In this document: piece by piece, positions 55,026-64,000 of the stretch
Layout: every line of letters begins with the position of its first letter
Numbering within the stretch: the first letter of the stretch is position 1
Source: Azolla caroliniana
Taxonomy: Eukaryota; Plantae; Polypodiophyta
Direction: 5' to 3'
DNA: 64,000 nucleotides
Assembly: GCA_043228905.1 (NCBI GenBank)
Contig: JBHGNT010000011.1
Span: 12,400,001-12,464,000, forward strand
Notes under the pieces: model-generated
The model's input: the letters and a program-made list of their open reading frames with translations, nothing else
The model's database searches: none
What the model was told of the DNA's origin: nothing
Position numbers and translations under genes: made by a program

Positions 55026-58000
55026 AGGGCGGTAAGGGAGCATGGAGATGGAAGAAGACTTCGACTTCGAGGAGATGATGGCAAAGATCGTGATGGAAGC
55101 CGGACGGAAGATGGCGAAGCGAGATGCGGCTCAAGAAGCCGTCGAAAGGGTGGTCGATCGAGTCGGCCGGTTCAATGGGAATGAGGTCCTAAAGCTTTTG
55201 GGAGCCTACAAGGCCGAGATGGCGAAAGGGGGCGTGGACGAGGCGATGCGGCTAGAGTATTTTCCTCGAGTGGCGGTCGTATCGGTGCACAAGGAGGTCA
55301 AGGAGCTATGGGAAGATCATGAGTCGTGGGTGTCCTTTGAGGGAGCCCTATTGGAGGCGTACGGGTACACGGAACCGGAAGGAAGAGGTCGATATGAGTT
55401 TGATCGGTGGGTGGCGTCGGCGAGGCGTCATCGGAGCGCGATGGAGGCATTCCGAGAGTTCGAGCTTCGTTTCTCTCAACTCTCGGAGCGAGATCGGAGA
55501 TCGGTGGGGGCGGACAAAGTCCTGTTTTTTTTGAAGACGATCCATCAAGAGGAGAGGACGGACATCTTATTCGAGCTTCAAGATGATTATGGAGCACATG
55601 GTCTCACCGAGGAGTGGTCCGAGGCGGAATGGGTGTGCCGGCAACATGATGCGAGCCGGTCGGCCACAACACGGCCCGCGAGTGGCGGAGAAGAGAGAGC
55701 GGCGAGTGAGTACGCACTACCGCCGGAAGAGAGCTCAACGCAAAACGGTTCGGAGGAGCTCGACCTAGAGGTGCTAATACGGGAGGCATGCGAGCTTGTG
55801 AAGGCAAAAATCAGAGCCGAAGAAGGGCTTGTTATGGAGTCGAGCCGGAGGCGATCGGAGGATGCGGAGGAAGGAGCCTCCCTAGACGTAGAAGACGGGG
55901 CCTATACGGAGGCCGAGAGAGTGTACGACGGCGACATAGGAGAGGGTGCGGAGCAAGCGACCCTCTTGCCTTGCGGTGAAGGGATGGCCATGGAGGCCGG
56001 TAACTACGGATTCGGGACATGGCGGCCCAAAACATCGAGTGGGGAGGAGACAAGCGGCGTGGCCACGACCTTACACACACCGGTCCTAGAGGCTCCGGCG
56101 GTCGGCCCGAGTGCCGGCGTGAGACCTAGAGCGACGGGAGGTGGCGGCTGCAAGGCAGGCAACTGAGACGAGGACAGGGAAGAGACGGCGGCAAGCGTAA
56201 TTGAGGCTTGCGCGATCGGAGGCGGGGTAGCCGCGGACAACGACGTCCAAACGGAGGCGGCTACGGACACAACGAGCGGTGCTGCCGGGTCCTTATCCAC
56301 ACCGGTCCTAGAGGCTTCGGCGGTCGGCCCGAGTGCCGGCGTGAGTCCTAGAGCGACGGGCAGTGGCGACGGCAAGGCGGGCAACCGAGACCAAGACGAC
56401 GACGAGGAAGGTCATAGCGGACGGAGGAGAGACCCCTCGATACCGAGACCAGAGACTACGGCGGTTGCGCTCGAATGCCAACGTAAGACCGGAGAGAAGG
56501 ACGATGGTCGTGAGGAGGCATGGCTCGGAGCGAACACGTGCGAAGATGAGGATGCGAGGCCCGGAACGGGCATATATAAGAGGACCGACGGAGAGGTCGG
56601 GAGCGGCAAAGAGGAGAGAATCGGGGACCGACTCGACCGGAAGATGAAGCGGAAGAAGAGTGAAGTGGGGGCTGGTCAACCAGGCCCACACCGAAAGAAG
56701 CCGGCAAGACCGAGATTGTTTGATCGACTCCTTACCGGCCGGTTACGGTTACGATGGGAGCCGGTGAGAGCGAGAAGGAGGCTAACCGGGCACGACGAGT
56801 ACGGATCGGTGAGAGGCCGAAAGCAAGAGGGACCCTCCCTGCCTATTCTAGAGACTTTGGCGGTTGTGGATCAACATAAGACCGGAGAGACGACGGGTGG
56901 CGGCGAGGAGTCGGAGACCGGAACGGACGAGGCTACCAGAACGAGTACCCGGTGCGTGGAGATGGACGAGCACGACCAAGACGACAAGCTGGAGTCGGAA
57001 GGGGCTACAACAGCGAAGGACGAAGAGACCAACGGGGAGGTCGGGTTTACGACGGACGAGGCGCGTAATACGAAGTACGCACTATGGCGTAAAACGGAGC
57101 ATGCACTACAGCCGGCGAAAGGCCAAGAAGCAAGCATGCAGCCGGAAGAGCGGCAACGAGTGACCGGCAACGGCGGACTGGTCGAGCCTTTGAGAGGCAA
57201 GCATGTTGCAAGAGACAGAGCGGTGAGTTGCCGGGATCGGCGGATGAACGACGAAAGCGGAGGATGATGTGCGGAGAGCAAAGAGTTATGCATCGGGGAA
57301 AGACAAAGCGGCGGCTTCCCGGAGGGCATGCAAGGCCAAGTGGGCCAAGAGGGCGCAAGTCGAGGCGAGGCGGTAACGAGAGCCTCGAGGGACGCTGACA
57401 TGGAGGTCGGGATGACGGTACGCTCTACGACGAAAGAGCACGGTGGGCAAAGGAGAGGCAAGGAACGTGGAATGGGGTCGCCCAAGGGCCAAAGAATGAG
57501 CGCATATTCGGGGAACAACATCGGCGCGCGAGAAGAGCCTATGGAAGGCAAGCGTGGAGTAGGAAGAGTCGACACGCCGAGGTGTTCGGCATGCGGAGAC
57601 GATAAAACCAAAGGAGGAACATACGCGGCACGAAAAGGGCGGAATCCGGAGTGCGATTGGGAGCGCACCCGGAGGACATACGAGCCTTTGCGAGGAATAC
57701 ACGCGACGAGAGACGGAGCGGTGAGGTGCCGGTATCGGCGGATGATCGGCGAGCATGGGAGGCTATGTCTTGAGAACTGGAGGAGGTGTGTGGAGAGCAA
57801 CGGGCTACACGCCGGGAAGAGGAAGTGCGGCGTCCCGGAAGGCATGCGAGGCCAAGTGGGCCAAGAGGACGAGAGTCGGGATGAAGCGGTATCGGGAGTT
57901 GCGAAGGACACGAACATGGTGGTCGGGATGACGGTACGCTCTACGGCGAGAGAGCACGGCGCGCAACGGAGAAGCAAGGAGCGTGTAATGAGGTCGCCGA

Positions 58001-58539
58001 GGAACCGAAGAACGAGCGCATGTTCGGGAGACAACAAGGTCACATGGAAAGAGCCTGCGGAAGGTGAGCGCGGAATGGAGGGAATCGGCACGAGGTGTTC
58101 GAGACGAAGAGAGGATCGAGTCGAAGATAGAACACAAGCGGTACGCGAGGGGCGGAATCCGGCGAGCAAATGGGGTGACCAAGGGCCTAATCGGAGGACC
58201 CATGTGGCGGACAAAGAAAGAGTGACCGGATCAGCAACGACTTTCAGGAGGACCGACTGGGGAGGAAGGCGCGTGCGGTGGATATGGCGGTTTGGATGGA
58301 GTCGATGTTTCGGGGACACATGGTGGACGTGGTGGATCGGTTGGAGCCGTTGGCTCGAGGACGTGCGATGGATACGGTGGAACGGGATGCTACGACGGTT
58401 TGTGTGGAAGGGACGGGCGTGCTCGAAATGGAAAATGAAGCCGAGCAAGGCCAACAAGGACACGGTGGACCTCGGTTTTATCACCATGGCCGAAAAATCT
58501 CGCCTCTTCTCCTTTCTTGGCACATACCGATGGATGTGC

Positions 58540-58969
58540 TGTCATGATATGGCAAGACTCGAACCCATGACCTTATACTACATGGGTCGAGCTCTTGACC
58601 ATTAGACTATACATTGTAATACATAGAATATTATTTTCATTTATGTTTTATTATAGAAAATTGATGTATATTCCAGATTTCTCTGGAACATTCTAGAAAC
58701 TTTAGGAGTATTCCTTAGAACACTATAAAAGGAGGCACAAGGCATTATTTCGAACCAAATCGGTTCAACGCCAGTCTTAAGCCTCCTAGCTACTGTACAT
58801 TTTCTTCACATAATATATATCTTTTCTTATCATCACTCTCTCTCTCTCTCTCCCTCTCTCTCTCTCCCTCTCACTCACTCTTTCCTTCTCTCGAGAGTTC
58901 TTCACCTCTCTTAGTACTAATACTTCTTTTAGTACTAATTCCTTCTCTGTCTTAGTACTGTTCCTGACA
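58540..58969 (+). mobile_element. Solo LTR of the element A family inside element C
   Basis: TGTCA...TGACA ends, perfect TSD TGTGC, TATAAAA and an internal (TC)n tract. Confidence 0.93.
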
Positions 58970-61900
58970 TGTGCGGTTTGGTGGGGGCGGATGTCGTGAA
59001 GATTTTCGTCCATAGGCAGAAACCGGGGTGGAATAGGCAAATCGGTGGTGTGCACCATGTGCACATGTATACTAGGAAATGGTGTATAGAAATAAGAGGG
59101 GAAATTCTATCCCACATTGTAAGGTCCCTCCCTCCTTGGGCTATAAAAGGAAGGGAGGGGTCACTTATGAAGGGGTTGCCTATTTTGCATATGAGAGGTA
59201 TACCACTTAGTCTAGAGTTCTTACCGTTTTAGGGTTAGGGTTTTGTTTAGGGTTTTCCTTATTCATTTTTGGTTAGGGTTTTCTCATAGTCGTTTGGTGC
59301 GGCCCATGCGACCACCATTGTTGTAATCATTCATTCGTTTTAATATATCTTGTAGTGGATCTTGCTTCCATCTATTTTGGTCTACGCTTATGTGCTACTC
59401 TTCATCTTCTCATCCGGTGTTAAGCTTCCATTTCTCATATCTTATTCTTTCTCCTCTACTCCCTAGTCCGAGACCCCCGTGGTCCCGCCCCTTCTACACG
59501 CACGCGCGTAACAACGCGACAACGCCCGTACTAGTGCTTTGACTATCGGCCCGTGTCCGCGCTCCACCTTCCTGTTAGCCTCCGGATTGTACGCTGTGGT
59601 GAGCGAGAGTTTGACCCCTAGCCGGTCAAACAACTCTTCGGCCTCTTGCGCGACCAACTCTTCGTGGTCAGCCACGATCTTCCCTACGCTCCCGTACTGA
59701 CATATCACATCCTCGATCAGAAACCGGCACACAACCGCGGTCGTTTTGTTCTGCAGCACTCGGCCTTCAACCAGATACCGCGGTCGTTTTGTTCATTAGA
59801 TCCTCCCAAGCGAGCACCAGATACCGCATCTGTCCTACCCCCATCGGCATTGTCACCAAATCCACCATCCATTTGAAGTGGACGGTCGGAGGGTAAGTCG
59901 GGTGGAGCTTGTCCCGGTGTCGGACTATGGAGTGCATCTGACAGATTTCGCAAGTCGTCACGAACCGATGCACGTCCCGGTACAGTCCCGACCACCAGTA
60001 CTTTCCTTTTAGCTTCTCAAACGTGGCCCATGTCTCACGGTGTCTGGCCCAGGGACTCTCGTGGTATGCCGACAACAACTCTTCCTGCTCCTCTTTCTTT
60101 GCCACCACTTGAAGCGGGATGCCGTTCCTTTTCTTCGGGTGCTTCCATATGTACCCGTCTCGTAGGAAGAATCCGTACGCTTTCTTCCGGATCCTGTTGG
60201 TCTCTTCCTTCGTCCACACCGCGTCCGATGTCATTGTTCTTAGGAACTCGCCGATCTGGAGCCACTCCCCGTCATACTTGCTCTCGTCGAAGTCGTTAAG
60301 CGCCGGAGTGCTCCCCTTTCCAGTTGTTACGTAAGTCGCCTCGAAGAAGTCTACGCCGACTTCCTCGTCCTCCGAAACCATGCCGTCCTCGTTTTCGAAC
60401 CTTGCTCTTGAGAGCATGTCGGCCATTGCGTTGTCTTTTCCGGAAATGTGTCGAATTTCTGGATTCAGGGACTTGATGTACGCTATCCACTTGAGCATTG
60501 CCAGGTCTGGTGTCGCGCATCCGGAAACCATGCCGAGAATCGGCAGACAGTCCGTCTCGATTATTACCTCTGTCCCGATCAGGTAGTCTTTATTGGCCTT
60601 GACTGCCGAAACGATACCCCAGAGTTCGCGTTTAACCTGGGCATATCCTCGCTGTCGCTCATTGAGGACCTGCGCACCGAACCGGATGGGGAATCGCGTG
60701 CCATCGTCATCCTCTTGGTTGATCACCCATCCGATCCCGGTCGGACTCGTATCTACAGTTACGTAAATTGGAGTGTCTTTACCGTAGACAGCCTTTCGGA
60801 GCGTCGGTGCTGCGGCAAGTGCTTCTTTCATCTTCCAGACCGACTCCGTATGCTCGTCTCCCCACTAGAATTTACGCCCTTTCTTCAACAACCCATACAA
60901 CGGCGTAATGCGGATCCAGATATGGTAGAACGCGCACGCTCCCAAGAATCTCCGAACCTTCGTAACCAAATTGCAGTCAGGCTTCGTCGCGGAGATGGCT
61001 TCCACCTTGGCCGAAGACGGTTTCCAACCGTATGGTCCGCATAGGTGCCCGACGATCATGATCTGTGATGGCGCGAAGGCCGATTTTTCCCCGGAGAAGG
61101 TGAGCCTCACGCCTTCCAGTCTCTACAGCACCCTCTCGCAGTCATCGATGTGAGTCGTCATGAATTTTCGACATCCGTCCGGTCATATCGTCTCGTCCCT
61201 TTCCTCTACCGGGTAGCCTTTGATCGAGATGTCGTCCAAGAATGGCATGGTGATGTCTGGGATACAATCTCTCAGCACCTTGTTCATTGCGTTCACCATG
61301 TGGGCCACCGAGTTCGTCCCTCCTTGCGGTAGGGTACACATCCGCACTAGACCGAGAGGAGTCCGCATCGTCGTAATGTCCTTGCTCTCCACGACTAGTT
61401 GGAACTGATCGTACCCCGAGTACAGATCACCGACCGAGTAGATTGACCTTCCGGCGAAGGCCTCCGCGAACTCGTCTATTGTCGGTCTAATTCCTGCGTT
61501 CCGAATGATCACCTTGTTGACCGGTTGCAGGTCTTGAATAAAACGCAACGTGCCATTCTTCTTTGGCACGGTAAACCACCGATTCGAGTATGGGGCACTC
61601 GACGGTTCGAAGATGCCCATATCGACCTTTTGTTTCAACAGCTCCATCAGCTTCGGGATGTGAGCTCTAGGTACCGGAATCGGTTTGAGGTTCCACGACA
61701 CATGCGGTACCGTGAAGATCACCATCGGTTCCACAACTGTCGGGTCTACGCACCCGATCTCCTCCAGTGAGAACGCGAAAGCCTTCCCGTGCCTCCCGAG
61801 CATTCTCTGAAACCGGTCCTCTTCCGCCGGCAGTAGAAAGCCACCCCCACCGATCTTGAGCCCTCGCAGCGTTATATCGGTGAACGTGTGTCCTATGCTG

Positions 61901-64000
61901 GCCGGATCTCGCAATCTCGGGTCCGACACACCCCCCTTTACTCGTAACTCGCTGCCCTCCGGCAAGGATGCCGCTACTGGCCTCACCTTCCGGTCCACAG
62001 TCTTGTACTTTGTGTCCACCGAGGCCGTCCAATCCGACTCGAGCCCGTTACAGAAGTCGGCGATGACTTCGTACATCCCTTCCGAACATACCAGAATCGT
62101 CCGGTCCTTTTTAAGGCCTCCTCCGACCACCTCTTGTAATTGTCCCAAGGTGTCGTCAAAAGAGACCGCCTCCACGGGTCCATTGATTTCCTCTCCAGGG
62201 CCGAGGACTCCGCATGCCCGAAGTCGCTCCTCCGTCCTCTTCTTCTCCCGGCCAACGACGCCGACAATCGTACAACCCCCGCTGTCGGAGAACCAAAATT
62301 TCCTACCTATGGTACAAGTCTTCTTCCCTACTGTACATTTGTGGGGTGTTTCCGGGGTGTCTGGACTATCGCGGCCCCACGCCTTGATAGCCCTCTCTAA
62401 AAATCCCCTCGGGTTTCGCCTCCGAGGGTCTCGCGGTTACGCTCATGGTTTGGTTGCACCGTCAGGAACTGGACCAAGTGAGGTCCGTCCTGGCTTTTGA
62501 CTCTTGCATAGGCCGAACCGTTGTCCAGCACCTTGGTCTCCATCCGTGCCGCCGTGATGTATGGTTCTCCTAGTATAACCGGATGTGAGGACGTCTCCTG
62601 CATGAAGAAGTGCTGGTCGATCTTGACATCGCCGATTTTCACTCGTACGTTCGGGCAGGCTCCATGTAGTTCTTTCGTGGCGCGCGTCGCTGCCCATATT
62701 TTCCAACCGTGTTTGGTGTTGATCGGCCATTTCCCCCTTTTGTAGAAGTCCATGGACATCAAGTTGATTTCTGAACCGTGGTCCACCAACGCCGCCACCG
62801 GCTCCTGGACATCCCCGATCTTAGCAGGGGTCTCCGTGGTTGCTCTGGCCCAGTGTGGCCTCGAATAGTGGCTTTTTGCCAACTCTTCTTCTAGTGCCAT
62901 GTCTTCTATGTGCATCGTTTGCACTTCCATCGGCTTCTCCGGCTCTGGCTCTGTCGACAGCCTCTTCCTCTTCACCAAGTCTACGATGGAGTCGTGGAAC
63001 TCCTTCTTGGCGATCCCGAGCACTTCCCTCAGCGATAGTTCCACTTTGTTGTCGAGGATACGTTCCTCCAGGACCTTTCGCAGGTCCATGGTCCTTTTGA
63101 TTTCTGTGCTCAACCGGTACCCAGCCTTCTTGGCTTTGTCCGGTGCGCCGATCGCACCGGCCTCATTCTGCCTTTGACCGAATCGGGTCTCGTACCGTTG
63201 CGAGGGCCCGGCTCCTCCGGTTTTACCTACTCGCTTGTCTTCCACCAGAGCCTTGTAGTTCTGACATGCGACTTCAACGAAGCCCGTCTTCTCTTCGACC
63301 GGGTGGCACCACCCGGTTACCTTCCGGACCCGTTTTTCCGCGCGGTCCGCTTCTTCTTTCCTTAGTCGTGCGCCGACGAGGCCTTCCAGCATCAACGGCC
63401 AGAATCCGGCTTCGTTCTTCTTCCGGGCCTCACCACCTTCGACCCGGATCCCAACCGACGCCGAGTAGTGGACGGTCTCCGCGTGGCGAGCCGCCGCTTC
63501 TTCCATCAGCCGTTTCATACCCCCTCGTCCGACATTCAGGTCCAGGGCCCTTCGGGTCTCGCTAGCGTGCACCCGACCGTTCCATAGGTACACCACGTTG
63601 GCTCTCATTGCCTCGGCGAAGTCCCCGCATTCCTTTGGGACGTGGCCGACCGCGTCGCACCACAAACACCGGTTTCCAGCCAGAGGCCTTCGGTCACGGG
63701 CCTGTTCGCCGCCGTCCCTCCGTGCATGTGCAATCTGGAGGTCCTTTACCATCCTAGTCAACTCCTCTAGAGCTGCTCCTCCGGACGAACCTTTGACCAT
63801 GCCGGTCGAAGTCGATCCGGTCTCGAGCTAGTCTCGGGTCTCTTCCCTTTGCGCTGGCGGGGTTGGCTCGAGTTTCCTTGATGCTACAGAGCCCGCCCCT
63901 GTTGATCCTTTATCGACCCACTCTCGCCGTTTGTCGAAACGGCCACAAACCCTCTTTACCACGGCCCAATCGGCCGCCAGCCCGTCATCAGTCTCCAGCA

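Larger units (their letters stand above)
54475..59521 (+). mobile_element. Element C: non-autonomous gag-only LTR retrotransposon nested in the integrase of element B
   Basis: 530-bp LTRs 54475-55004 and 58992-59521 (about 11 substitutions by eye); PBS 55009-55025; PPT 58980-58991; gag-like ORF 55042-56166; no RT or integrase motifs seen. Confidence 0.92.
53092..64000 (-). mobile_element. Element B: GC-rich non-chromoviral Ty3/gypsy element; 5' end runs off the window
   Basis: 3' LTR 53789-53092, PPT GGTGGGGGCGGA; gag knuckle CLWCDAVGHVPKEC; protease LVDHGSEINL; RT DLYSGY..FLDDI; RNase H TVDTSP..ETDC; integrase split by element C. Confidence 0.95.

Noticed and set aside
59646-63831. Many plus-strand ORFs opposite gag-pol
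   Set aside because: Antisense shadows of GC-rich retroelement coding sequence.

Overview
Eukaryotic, intron-rich land-plant DNA. A retained Hsp33 gene and the transposon families present suggest a non-seed plant (fern, lycophyte or bryophyte; inference). Three spliced host genes can be built from GT/GC-AG junctions: a 5'-incomplete Hsp33/HslO chaperone (+, 250-6526), a NADK1-type NAD kinase (+, 13387-29522) and an ISS1/VAS1-like PLP aminotransferase (-, 38529-32709). Around and inside them lie an intronless SAC/FIG4 phosphatase pseudogene with scrambled segment order, a decayed 18S-ITS1 rDNA fragment split by a hAT MITE, a copia element, and several non-L1 LINE copies and tRNA-derived SINEs, many abutting (GA)n tracts. 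From about 39 kb on there is a nested transposon stack: L1 remnants, a chromodomain Ty3 element whose LTR is split by a full-length LINE, a second Ty3 element, a gag-only non-autonomous relative inside it, and a solo LTR inside that. The most unusual signals are an LTR family carrying a tRNA-derived Pol III A/B-box module, several retroelement families sharing (GA)n insertion sites, and a pseudogene whose segment order resembles a reverse-transcribed circular RNA. All calls are by eye; no searches were run.
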